Part shown: positions 17,131-40,331 of the stretch, one piece after another
Numbering within the stretch: the first letter of the stretch is position 1
Layout of the letters: each line of letters starts with the position of its first letter
Assembly (NCBI RefSeq): GCF_963506605.1
Contig: NC_083294.1
Location: 12,090,001-12,154,000 of the forward strand
DNA length: 64,000 nucleotides
Reading direction: 5' to 3'
Source: Zootoca vivipara
Lineage: Eukaryota
Made by a program: the position numbers and the translations under genes
Notes under the pieces: generated by a model
Databases searched by the model: none
What the model saw: the letters and a program-made list of their open reading frames with translations, nothing else
Told to the model about the DNA's origin: nothing

Positions 17131-17173
17131 TTAGAAAACTATAAAAATAAAGAAAAAAAATAAGTTTGCAAAA

Positions 17174-17528
17174 GGGGACCCAGGGGTTAAACCACAGAGT
17201 CTAGGGCTTGCTGATCAGAAGGTCGGCAGTTCGAATCCCTGCAACGGAGTGAGTTCCCGTTTCTTGGTCCCGGCTCCTGCCCACCTAGCAGTTCGAAAGC
17301 ACATCAAAGTGCAAGTAGATAAATAGGGACCGCTCCAGCGGGAAGGTAAACGGCGTTTCCGTGCGCTGCTCTGGTTCGCCAGAAGCAGCTTTGTCATGCT
17401 GGCCACATGACCTGGACGCTGTCTGTGGACAAACACCGGCTCCCTCGGCCTATAGAGCAAGATGAGTGCCGCAACCCCAGAGTCGGACACGACTGGACCT
17501 GATGGTCAGGGGCCCCATTAACTTTACC
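17174..17528 (+). mobile_element. Sauria SINE
   Basis: Same body as 11065-11427; flanked by the direct repeat taagtttgcaaaa. Confidence 0.85.
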
Positions 17529-18159
17529 TAAGTTTGCAAAACAATGATTACCATGTGGTTAGGGCAGATCAATGTGTCAGTGTCCACTTATGACATATCA
17601 GCAAAAGTCGCAAATTGAAAGATAACTATAGCATGTACACAAAAATCGATTTCAGATTTGAAATCAGCATTGAAAGAACTTATAAGAACAGTTGGAAATT
17701 CTCATGCAACAGAAAGAAAAAAAATGTTCCCCATAATCTAGGGCCTCTCAGTTGTAAATAGACCCACTCTACAACCACCTCAAAGTAAATATATATATAA
17801 TACTGTATGCTCAATTTCACTTCTGTTGCTGCACCCGTCAGCAAGGCTCACGGTCTCTTTCACTGTCCATTTATGTTTATACAATGAAGCATGCAAAGTT
17901 AAAAAGAAATATTTTATTAAGCACAGCAGCCTAGCAAAGTTGCACAAAAGAAACCATCACGTAAGGCAGAGATCCCATTTTTGTAGGGAAAGCAAGACTT
18001 GCTCTGCTTTGAGGAGGAATTCCATTTAAAGCCTAGAGGAGAGAAGCTCAGTCTCTTCTGCTATTTCTAAAAAGAGGCTGTCGGGCTCTTGAAACAAATT
18101 CCAGCTTTCTTCCAAAGCTCACAGGTTCCAGGGCACTGCCACTGTCCACCCTCTGGGCT

Positions 18160-19434
18160 CTAGAACTCAAAGTTCCCAAACTGAGATGAACGGTTGTTTG
18201 GTTTGGGCTGGGGTTTGTAGCCAATTCGGTCATGTATCATCTGTTCCCGGCTCTTATGATCAGTGTTGAGTCCCAGCGCACCCTCACCATCGCTGGCTCC
18301 CACCACGTCCACCTCCTCACGCTTCCTACGACTCTGTGGAAACAAATGGGAAGCATGATTAAAGAAAACTTCTCCAGGACAATCACATATGCGCCCCCTC
18401 CGCCCATGACATGTTTTCTTTTTCAAATATAGCTGTAATGAATCAGGTTCTTTGCTTTCAGATTTAGGACACTGCAAGCTGTCAAAAAGTTCTGCCACAG
18501 AAAGGGGCCAAAGACCTTTACTTATGAGTGCAGGGGGCCAACATGAAGACAACCTCAAGCATAATTTGGGATTTAGATCTGCTACTGTGTATGCACAAAC
18601 ACACCTTCTCACAGGAACACAGGTAGCCGTTTTATACCAAATTGGACCACTGTTTCATCTTGCTCAGTATTGTCTACTCTGCGGGATTTCAGGCAGGGAG
18701 TCTCCCAGCCCTACCCAGGAGACTGAACTTGGGAGCTTCTGCGTGCAAACGAAATGCTTTACAACTGAGCTTATGGTCATCTAACATAAAACACAGGAAG
18801 CTGCCTTTTACTGAGTCAGACCATTGGATCCACTTAGCTCAGTATTGTCCACCCTGTTTGGCAGCACTTCTCCACGGTTTCAGGCAAGAAGCCTCTTCCA
18901 GACTTACTTGGGGATACTCACAATTTAACCTGGGACCGTCTCAATGAAAAAAAAAACCCTTTGCCACTGAGCTGCGACCTTTCCCCAGCCAACAACCTTA
19001 TATTAAAACAAGCAAACAGCAGCCCTGAGGAGCCAGTGTCCTTTCTCCATACTGTGCAGCACAGTTGGAGGGGGGAATTGCGCCCAACCCCAGCGGGTGG
19101 CTCTACCTCACCACCTGTTTACTCAGTACCCTCCTTAGTGGGAGAGAGCAGCCCGGGCCGGGCAGCTCAACAACAAACAGGATGGCTACTCCCCCTGTGA
19201 GGAGAAACAGCTTTTTAAAAAAGAAAAGAGAGCAAGGACAAGAGAATCTCTAAGCATGTGCAGAGTGCGCAAACAACAACAACAACAACAACACCGAAGA
19301 AATATGGGCAAGGAGCGCTTCGCCGTCCCGCAGCCAACCACCCACTCACCCACCTCGAGTTCCTTGCGGGCGCCGTCGAACTCCTCGATGTCGTCCAGCT
19401 TCAGTTCAAGCCGCGTCGGTTTCCGCCGCAGCAT
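18160..19434 (-). CDS. CDC26: APC/C subunit CDC26; complement(join(18160..18333,19354..19434)), 84 aa
   Basis: [27 protein letters not shown]|[59 protein letters not shown] donor at 19353, CAG acceptor at 18336-18334, AATAAA at 17918-17913. Confidence 0.96.
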
Positions 19435-19783
19435 CTTGCAAGCAGACCTTTCCCCTGCGGCTCTCTCGCGCGTGCGCAGCAGCTCCCCGCTCTTTTCTTC
19501 ACCTGCACCTCTGGCTCAGGCGCCGAAAGCCAGAGGCTCGATCCCACCATGCCCCACGTCGCCGGCCAGCAACCCGGAAGGTCCCGCTCCGCATCACCAT
19601 GGAGCTCCAGGGAGGCTAGAGCGGCCCGCTCTCCGGGATGGAATGGAAAGGCACCATTGGCTGTGGCGCTCCGCGAGGGCGGGGGGAGGGAGCCGCTGTG
19701 CCGGAAGTGTTTGTGGGGAGCCCGCTGTGTGTGATTCCCCCACTACACAGCCCCGGTCTGAGAGGAAGGGTCGGGAAATCGCC

Positions 19784-19810
<27 letters not shown>
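19300..19810. promoter_or_regulatory. CpG-rich bidirectional promoter of CDC26 and PRPF4
   Basis: Divergent ATGs only 350 bp apart (19434 and 19784), high CpG density, ETS/GABP motif CCGGAAGTG at 19701-19709, and a G-rich GC-box-like tract at ~19676-19690. Confidence 0.8.
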
Positions 19811-31919
<12,109 letters not shown>

Positions 31920-33965
31920 GGGGAAGGAGCATTTCTGCCAGATTGGCCCTGCCCAGCTCCCGCAGCCAAGGAAGGCAGCCTGCTGTGACACCCTGGGACT
32001 CCGCCACAGATGGCTTGATGTCCTTCTGGGATACTGCCGCCTCCTCACACATGCACACCCTCTGGTCAGGCCAAGCTGAGTTTGAGAACACCTTCCCTAT
32101 TGCATTCCGCTTCAGTTGTGTCACCTTGGGTGCTAACTGAGCTGGTAGGGTGGGTTGTTCCAGTTGTTATTTGGGAGTGGGGTCACAGCTTCTTACTCGG
32201 ACAGAGACTTTTCTTGAAAAACGACACCCTAACATTAAAGCAGAGTGGCTGCTTGAAAATGGTGAAGCCTGTGTGGGTTGTGTTTTTGACAGATGGTTTC
32301 TTGAGCCAAGCAGCCTCTGGTGGTGGGGTGCCTCCCCTGCCCCACCCCCCAGTGCTCAGCTTTCCTATTATCACTCCTGCATTCATAGAAACATCAAGTT
32401 GATAGTGACCTTAAAGATCATTAGCCCAGGAATGGTGAAACCACAGGCCCCCTAAGCCAAAGGTGGCCCTCCAGGCTTCCCTGTCTGGCCCTCAGGACTC
32501 TCCCCAGGCCACAACCCTCCGCAAACCATGTTTCACATCCTCCCTGAGAGTTTTTACCTGGCAGGGATGTGTCCTTTCACTCTGATAATACTTGCTTGCC
32601 TAGATGGAGGATATGGAAGGGCGTGTGTGGATATGGAAACTGGCCTGCTGCACAGAGGTAACATTTACTACTCACTTTTGCCTCGCCCCACCTACCACCA
32701 GCATGTGGCACTCAGAAGGTTGCCCTGAACGGAATGAGGTGTAATTGGGTTGGGGGGAAAAGATTTCCCACCCTTGAATTGGCATTTCCTTGTAGGGAAA
32801 GGCGCTGCAGCCACCCCACTCATGTTCATTTTGTGTGTCCCTTTCCCAACCCACCCTGTCAGCGCTAAACCTACCTCCTTGCAAAGACCCAAAAGATTGC
32901 TTTGATTCTATTATCAGCCCCCACTCTTAGAAGCTGATGCAATTTGAAACAGAACAATACAGCGTAGATACAAAAGTTTTAATGTCACTGCCGTTTGGCC
33001 CTCTAACCAGTAGTGCACACACCAGGAGAAAAAACCCTTGAGCATCTGCCTTCATTTTCATGCCTGCATGACGTGATTACACAGAGGACCATCTCCAAGC
33101 TTGGACAGAGGACAGTTAAGGTCTGCAGCCTTGGTGGTTCCACCTTCAGCAGTGCAGTCCGTGTTCTCTGGATGTTGGGAACTCATAATTGGCTGCAGCA
33201 GAGGCATTTGGCACAGGGGAAGAGGCTGGTTTGGAGGGTTGGCATAGCTCAGTGGTAGAGCCTTACATGCAGAAGCTTCCAGGTTCAATCTCCAGAATCT
33301 CCAGGTAGGAATAAGAGAGACAGACCACTGCCTGAAACCCTGGAGAGCTGCCACTCAGTATAGAAAATATGGCGCTAGATGGACCAATGGCCTGACTAAA
33401 GCAGTTTCCTTTGTCCCTTTACTCCAAGTATGGGGAAGCTTGGGCCCTCCAGACGTGGTTGTGTTACAGCTCCCATCATGACCAGAGATGATGGGAGTTG
33501 TAGTTCAGCAACACCTGGAATGAGAAAAGCTCTCCTCTCCACCTGCTATATTCCCATTATCCATTTTCACCCTCTTGCCCACTTTAGCCAACTTAAGAAG
33601 CAGTGAGTTTGTTCGTTGAAATGCTCCCACTGCCCTGTCATGTCCTCATCCGCATCCCTATGTTAAAGCTCACAAGTAACCCTCAAGGTCAAATCCTGGG
33701 ACCCAGTGGCAGTCCAAACCATTTTGCTGTCTGGGGCGAAGGACAATTGGCAGTCTCTCTCTTGTTCGATAGGCAGAATCTGAAAGAGCTTTGAGTCTTA
33801 AATCATAACTGGGCAAGGCCTTCCAGCACACTTGAGCTGGCTTAGAGAACTCAAGGCAGGCTGTGTGGCACACACAAGTTAGTCCTCCCAACACTTTGCT
33901 GCTGCTTGCCAACCACCTCTACCCTGCTCCCAGCATCTTCCACCTGAGAAGGCTGCTGGTCCCTG

Positions 33966-34556
33966 TCACCCCCACCCCCAAAAGAACTGCCTGGTCCAAA
34001 AGATGGAGAAGATGAGTAGTAAAGTCACGCTTAAGATGACAGCCATCAGGTAGGTGAAAATCCGGAGCTGGGGGTTGCAGGCACACACCCACATGGGGGA
34101 GCGGTGGCGGTTGGGCAGGGTTGTGGCGGCAGTGGTGGTGCTAGCCGGGCGGCTTTGCTCACGGTAGCTCTCAATGCTGGGATCTGTCACTGGGCCCAGG
34201 TCCAAGGTGTAGACCCTGGGCTGGCGGAGGAAGTACCTGCTCTTGCGCTGCTCCTTCAAGCACAGCTGCCGGCCTTCCAGGATGATGTGGTTGGGCTCCA
34301 GGCGCAGCAGGCGCAAGATGGCCTCATTGGTGGGCAGCTCAGTGACGGGCTGGTCGGAAGGGAGGACGGTAAGGTGGCGGCAGAGTGGGCACTGCAAGCG
34401 GTTCTGGGCCGGGGACACCAAGCTGAGATGAGCCAGGCACTCAATGCAGAAGGAATGTTGGCACTGAAGGACCTTGGGGGTGCGGAAAGTGTTGTCGTAA
34501 GGGTTCCAGCAGATGGGGCATTCAGCCTCCTGCCCCTGGACCTGCTTCTCAGCCAT
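33966..34556 (-). CDS. RNF183: RING E3 ubiquitin ligase RNF183, single coding exon, 196 aa
   Basis: MAEKQ...ECPICWNPYDNTFRTPKVLQCQHSFCIECLAHL...LQCPLCR (RING-HC) with a C-terminal TM helix IFTYLMAVILSVTLLLIFSIFW. Splice acceptor ttttttag just upstream (34566-34564). Adjacent to PRPF4, as in human 9q32. Confidence 0.93.
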   Translation of the reverse strand: MAEKQVQGQEAECPICWNPYDNTFRTPKVLQCQHSFCIECLAHLSLVSPAQNRLQCPLCRHLTVLPSDQPVTELPTNEAILRLLRLEPNHIILEGRQLCLKEQRKSRYFLRQPRVYTLDLGPVTDPSIESYREQSRPASTTTAATTLPNRHRSPMWVCACNPQLRIFTYLMAVILSVTLLLIFSIFWTRQFFWGWG

Positions 34557-36182
34557 GGGGAGACTAAAAAACAAGGGCAGGTGTAACCATATAGCAGCAT
34601 CAATGTAGTGGAACCTTTGGCCCACGAGATGGAATGTTTGGTTTGCCATGGGGCCATGCTTGCTGAGACTGATGGGAGTTGTAGTTCTTCAGCATTGGTG
34701 GGGGGGGCAAAGGTTCCCAACATCTGGCTTTTACAGCATCAGCAAATGCAAAGAGAGAGGTCCTCTGCCCAAGGGAGTTTGCAGTATGAAGTTTAAGAGT
34801 GGAAGCGAGCCCTTCTCTTGCAAAGCAATTGATAAGGCAAAGGTGGGAAAATAAACATCCACATCAGAACAGCCTGCTGGATCAGGCCAATGGCAATCTA
34901 GTCCAGCATCCTCTTCTCACAGCAGCCAACCAGAAATACACAAGAAACCTTGAGCATAGACATCATGGCTAGTAGCCATTGATAGCCTTATCAGAGGAAG
35001 CACACAGAGGGTTGTGCTTTAATGGTAGAGCCACTGCCAGTCGGTCTAGAGAAGCTAGTCAAAGGATCAGTGCTCTTGACTCTTATCATAAAGGCCTTTA
35101 TGGTCCTACGCCCTACCCACCCCTGCAAAAAACAACAACACCCAAAACAAACCTACCTTGCCTTGAAAAGCAGGAGATGTGGGCAGTGTGGCCTCATTCT
35201 AACTCAATTCCATCCAGGATCAATGTTTCTTTTCACACCGCCCAGAAGTCTGATGCATTCTTCTTCTGCTCCCTTATTCTTTCTTAAGATTGGTGAGCAA
35301 GTGTGGGCTTGCAGCTGGATCTGAGCTGGTCCAAAATGAAGAGAGAGAGAGCCTAGGCAGGAAGATGCTTCCTTTGCAGGTGCTGCTAAACCAAAGGTGT
35401 TCTCTCTCCTCCTCCCATTCTCAGGGGACTTTGTCCCTTAGGCAGAGCTTGGCGTTTTCTTCTGTCAGGTTGGTAAGCAGCTGTTGTTTACTACCAGGGC
35501 CTGGCAGCCAAGGTGAGAGAACTGGTGGAAGGCTGGCAGGGAAATCCTCGGGCTGCCTTGGAAGTTAGGAAGCCCCAAGCGGACCTATTTTTCAGCACTG
35601 CTGCCATTGATTTTAGGTAACTTGGTTTAGGAGCATAGGAAAACAATGAGGCATGCTCCAAGAGGCAGAGCAGCATTCGGCCTAAAATCCCAGCACAATT
35701 CTCAAAAGTAGTAAGACATTTATTTTTTCTCCTTTACACCTTCCACCGCCTCCTCCTAGTACTGAATTGTAGCTTCTGAACCTTGGTGGGAGGGCAAAAA
35801 CTTTCCCCCTTTTACATTGCAATGGTGGAAACAGGTGTAAATGTATTATTTAACATCACTAATATACTGCTTGATTGTGCTAAAACCTCTAAACAATACA
35901 TCCCCCCATTTTTAAAAAACGTTTTTTTTAAAAAAGCATTAAAATTAATTAAAATTAAACATGTTAACATCTACATGCCCATATCAACTTTTTGATACAA
36001 AGATGTTTTTAGCAGGCACTGAAAAGAGTACTACAAAGATTTCCCACCTGATTTCAATCGGCAAGGAGTTCCAAAGTGTGTGTGCTGCCACAGAAAAAGT
36101 TTGGCTTTTTGCAAGTGTGGAACAAGTATTCTGTGGAACCAGTAACAGTGCTCAAGTGGGCACATATGAGATGAGGTGATCC

Positions 36183-36221
<39 letters not shown>
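36183..36221. repeat. (AAT)n microsatellite
   Basis: About 13 perfect units. Confidence 0.9.
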
Positions 36222-36450
36222 CTCGTGCATTTGTAAGTGATATTATGGTTTGTTTACTTTTGTGTGTGCAGAGTCCCCCCCCAGCAGTGAAAAGAATATT
36301 AATATGAAAGAAAATGCACAATGATTAAATCAAAGCAATATAAAATGGTGAAGGGGCATGGCTTGCCGAGAAGCCTAATGGCAGCCTGATCCAGCATCTC
36401 CTATATGTAAGAGGCTAATTTATAGTTGAACGACTGCCAAGTAAAAGCAT

Positions 36451-36793
36451 AAAAGGTAAAGGGACCCCTGACCGTTATGTCCAGTCACGGACAACTCTGG
36501 GGTTGCGACGCTTATCTTGCTTTACTAGCCGAGAGAGCCAGCATACTGGTCATGTGGCTAGCATGACAAAGCCACTTCTGGCGAACCAGAGCAGCACTTG
36601 GAAGCGCCGTTTACCTTCCCGCTGTAGCGGTACCTATTTATCTACTTGCACTTTGAGGTGCTTTCAAACTGCTAGATTGGCAGGAGCTGGGACCGAGCAA
36701 TGGGAGCTCACTCCGACGCGGGGATTCGAACCGCCGACCCGATCGACAAGCCCTAGGCTCTGTGGTTTAACCCACAGCGCCACCTGCGTCCCC
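36451..36793 (-). mobile_element. Sauria SINE
   Basis: Reverse complement of the 11065 element; flanked by the direct repeat agtaaaagcata. Confidence 0.85.
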
Positions 36794-37252
36794 AGTAAAA
36801 GCATATTGCTCCTCAAATTTATCTTCAGCAAGGTCATGTTGTGGGGGTCATAAAAGTTAGCTGGCTAAGCAAGATTTACAAGAAGTGTTAGAAGCGCATT
36901 GCCCAGTGCTGCTTGAAGAGACTGGCAAAAACTAAATATCCCCTGGTTATGTGTTTGTGAACTGCCTTCATGCTCTCATCACACACAAAACTCCCAGGTT
37001 AACTCACATCCTGCCCCCCTCCCCCTCCGCTCTGGTGTCTCAACAAGGAGCAAGCCCACCCCACAACCAATCACCCTCACTGGGATGGGCAAAGCCAATC
37101 CTCAAAACACTAAAATCCTTCCCTCCCTTCCCAAATTCCAGAGGTACCATACATTTAACCATTGGTCATAATATACTGTAATGGAACTTCCAGTTTCAGA
37201 GGCAGTATCCTTCAGGCCATCAGTTTAGTGGTGCAGCTGGGTAATTGTAGGT

Positions 37253-37389
37253 CAGGCACCCCCAAACTGCGGCCCTCCAGATGTTTTGGCCTACAACTCC
37301 CGTGATCCCTAGTGTAACAGGACCAGTGGTCAGGGATGATGGGGATTGTAGTCCAAAACGTCTGGAGGGCCGAAGTTTGGGGATGCCTG
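37253..37389. mobile_element. Palindromic hAT-type MITE
   Basis: CAGGCACCCCCAAACT...AGTTTGGGGATGCCTG with a perfect 8-bp TSD ttgtaggt (37245-37252 / 37390-37397). Confidence 0.85.
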
Positions 37390-38016
37390 TTGTAGGTCTT
37401 ATTACTGCTGTGCATTGTTTCAGTTGCAAAAGAAAAGAAAAAAAAACCTCTTCTCCCTTCCAATCCAATGCGCTTTATAATAGTTCTACCTGCACTGTCA
37501 GAGGCTATGAATACTAGTTGTTGAGAATTAGAAATTGAAGAGTGCACTCAGGACCTGCTTCTGGGCTTTCCATAGGCATCTGCTCAGCCACTGTGAGTGG
37601 CCAGCCAGTGATTCGGACAAACAGGATGCATATTATCCTCCAGCCTTGCTGGCTGCAGCTCAGTGGCAGAGTACCTGTTTTGTATGCAGAAGATGCCAGG
37701 ATCTGTCTCCTGAAACATCTCCACATAGGACTGGGAGAAAATCCAGCCTAAAACCTGGACTGCTGCTGCCAGTCAGTGTAGACAATACTGGGTGTGTTTA
37801 TTTCCAGAAATACAGCTGACTAGAATCAGGGTAGTGCTCCTGATGCTACAATTCAGGTTGAAGGTTTCTTAACCTGTAGAATCTTCAAAACCCAAGGAAC
37901 AGTGGCTTCTGTTTTTTAATGCATGCCATCCAGACTCTCCAGACTCTGCAGCCATACTAGACATCGGCAGGAAGGTGTCCTCTTCTGAGAGTGTTGGCAC
38001 TCCAGGCAACTGCTCC

Positions 38017-38974
38017 TCAGCAAACAAAACCACGTTCCAAATACTGTTCAGACCTTACCAGGAGGACAAGGAAACTCCCATTGCAAGTGACCAATTTATC
38101 TACTGCCCTATCAGCAAAGAGAACAGTATTCAAAATATCAGACACCAGTCTGGGAGTGAGGACTTGGAGGAGGAACTCTTCCCGTGCTCGTTTCATACCA
38201 TTCAGCAGCACAGCAAGGTTGATCTTGGTGGCCAACTGTTTCCCATCCACAGAGCTCCATGTGGACACCATTATGCCATAAGGTACAAGACTTTGCCCCA
38301 CATAAATCTCTGCAGCAGAGATATCACAGGTCCCATTTTCCAGGATGCCCCTCCAGGGAAGCCAGACACTACTTTGCTCGAGATATCGAAGTTTCACGGC
38401 ACTCTCCTCCGTCAGGAGGGAAAGAGTGGCTTTGGTGAGGCACAGAAGTGTGCTTCTTGCATCACCCAGCCCAGCGGTGACCAGGACCCAAGGTTTGTCA
38501 GGATTTGTCCCTCCCAGCTGGCCACGTATGTATTGCTGCAGAATCTGCCACGTAGTTTCTGGCTGGTTTGGGAAGAGAAGGCGAAGGAGTCCAAGCCGGC
38601 TTTTGGGCAATTGATTCTTGGTGGGGCTCGCAGCCCTGTAGTCACCCAAGGATAAGTGGCTGTTACCATGATGGAGCAGGATCATAGAAACAAAGACAAA
38701 CACAAGGGCCAAAAAGGCAGCAAGGGAAACAGAAGGGAGGAAATCAGAGTCTTGCAGGTCTGGTGCAGGAGTTTCGGTAGAGGCAGAAGGAGCTGATCTT
38801 TCTCTGGCCTCCACCTCTGCACGCTTCCAGGGTTCACAACACGGTTCTTCAGGGAAGTTTCTACAGTCAAACAAGTAGGTCTCCTCATCATCAACGTCTT
38901 TCCACATCCCTTGCATGTCTTGGTTTTCTAGCACAGAGAAAGAAAGGAAAGCTGAGAAGCAGGGTGTTTAAAAC

Positions 38975-39013
<39 letters not shown>

Positions 39014-39766
39014 CTCTGAACGAGGTAGTAGGGACCTGAAATAGTATGGCTGTACCATTTCACTCCGAAGGCAGAGGGTCACATTCTGGAATGTTCCCTG
39101 CAGGTCCAAATCCAACATAGCTGGAACTTCTCTGCCTGCTGTGCTAGCTTTTTATTTTTTGGGGTATAGAATGAATTCATTTTATTTTATTTATTTATTT
39201 TCATACAGAGAAGCATAAATAACCACCCCAGAGGCCGCCCTTGTCTGCAGTTTTTGTCCCCTTAAAACTCTACCCCTTCTTTGAGAGCCAGTGTGATGTA
39301 GTGGTTAGAATGCTAAACTAGGACCTGGGAGACCAGAGTTCATTTCTCCACTCGCTGGGTCGCCTTGGGCCCAGTCACAAACTCTTAGCCTTACCTACCA
39401 CACAGGGTCGTTGTGAGGATAAAAGCAGCAGCGGGAGGAGAAGTGTGTATGCCACCTTGACCTCCCTGGAGGAAAGGTGGGATATAAATGTAATAAGCAA
39501 ATGAATAAAATAAATGACGTTGCAAGTGCAGGTTTATCATTAGACAGAGCTAACAATGGCTATTTGCCTCTACCTAGAAGCCATATTTGGTAGCGGCCAT
39601 CGCAACACCTTGTGGTTGTGAGTTTCCAAAGGTTTATTGCACATCACATGCAAAAGATAATGCCAAGAAGTTGCCATACCTACACCAGAGACTTACTTTC
39701 AGCTTGGAGTGCAGACATGTCTTGAGCCGTTCTCTGGACAGAGGATTGTTTCCCACAAATCTTCAT
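38017..39766 (-). CDS. Divergent torsin-1A-interacting protein (LAP1/LULL1, TOR1AIP)-like type II membrane protein; proposed complement(join(38017..38927,39697..39766)), ~326 aa
   Basis: 911-nt terminal exon after a strong polypyrimidine-TAG acceptor. TM helix VSLAAFLALVFVFVSMILL, then LRLLFPNQPETTWQ...NPDKPWVLVTAGLGDARSTLLCL...DKL...LVLLVRSEQYLERGFVC*, resembling the recalled LAP1/LULL1 luminal domain (FPGQ..LW...NP.EP...TLKCL...DKL...LVLPVQP...RGICL). The upstream exon ends with a GTAAGT donor in matching phase 1. ATTAAA lies ~97 nt after the stop. Confidence 0.7.
38977..39012. repeat. (CA)n microsatellite just upstream of the acceptor of the TOR1AIP-like terminal exon
   Basis: About 18 units; reads (TG)n on the sense strand of that gene. 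Confidence 0.9.
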
Positions 39767-40267
39767 CTATAGGTACATCTCCCTTACATCTGGCACCTAC
39801 TGATCATGGAGAGAAGGAAAAGAGGAGAGTGGCCTAGTTAAAGTAGCCTCTTGTAGCAAAAACAGCCAAGACCCCTGAGATCCCTTAAGAGACCAACACA
39901 TTATCTGTGGCAAACATTTGCATAGGGAGGAGCCCAGTTTGTCAGATACACAAAGTAGGCTGCAGAGACTGAAATATAGGTAACTGCCTAATCCCAAATC
40001 AGACAGCTGGTGCATATAGTTCAGTCTTGTCTACTCTGACTGGCAGTGGCTCTCCAGGGTTCCAAGCAAGGGTGTCTCTCAATCTTTACCTGGAGATGCT
40101 GGTAATGAGAGAGAGAGTCGTGGGAAAGTGAGGGAGTAATTTATTTGGCTCCACCTTTCTCCTCCCACAGGAGCAAAAATAAATTGTACTCTTTGGTGAC
40201 AGAACCCCAGCAGAGATTTAAAAATCACAACACATGCAGCAAAGTAAAGCATGGAAATATAGTAGTG

Positions 40268-40331
40268 CCTGGCGTGCTCTGGCCCATGGGGTCACGAAGA
40301 GTCGGACACGACTAAACGACTAAACAACAAC
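40268..40331 (+). mobile_element. Bov-B/RTE LINE 3' tail fragment
   Basis: cctggcgtgctctggcccatggggtcacgaagagtcggacacgactaaacgactaaacaacaac. Confidence 0.75.

Noticed and set aside
19742-19756. ACTACACAGCCCCGG as a ZNF143 site in the bidirectional promoter
   Set aside because: Only a partial match (it lacks TCCCA), too weak to call.
33240-33400. tRNA-like sequences (GGCATAGCTCAGTGGTAGAGC; also near 400, 41890, 58660, 60350)
   Set aside because: These are degenerate tRNA-derived SINE heads with SINE bodies and no complete cloverleaf.
34557-34649. 31-aa N-terminal extension of RNF183 in the ORF track
   Set aside because: It crosses a splice acceptor and originates in MITE sequence.
37975-38655. 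226-aa plus-strand ORF
   Set aside because: It is the antisense shadow of the TOR1AIP-like exon, with no ATG start or recognisable motifs.
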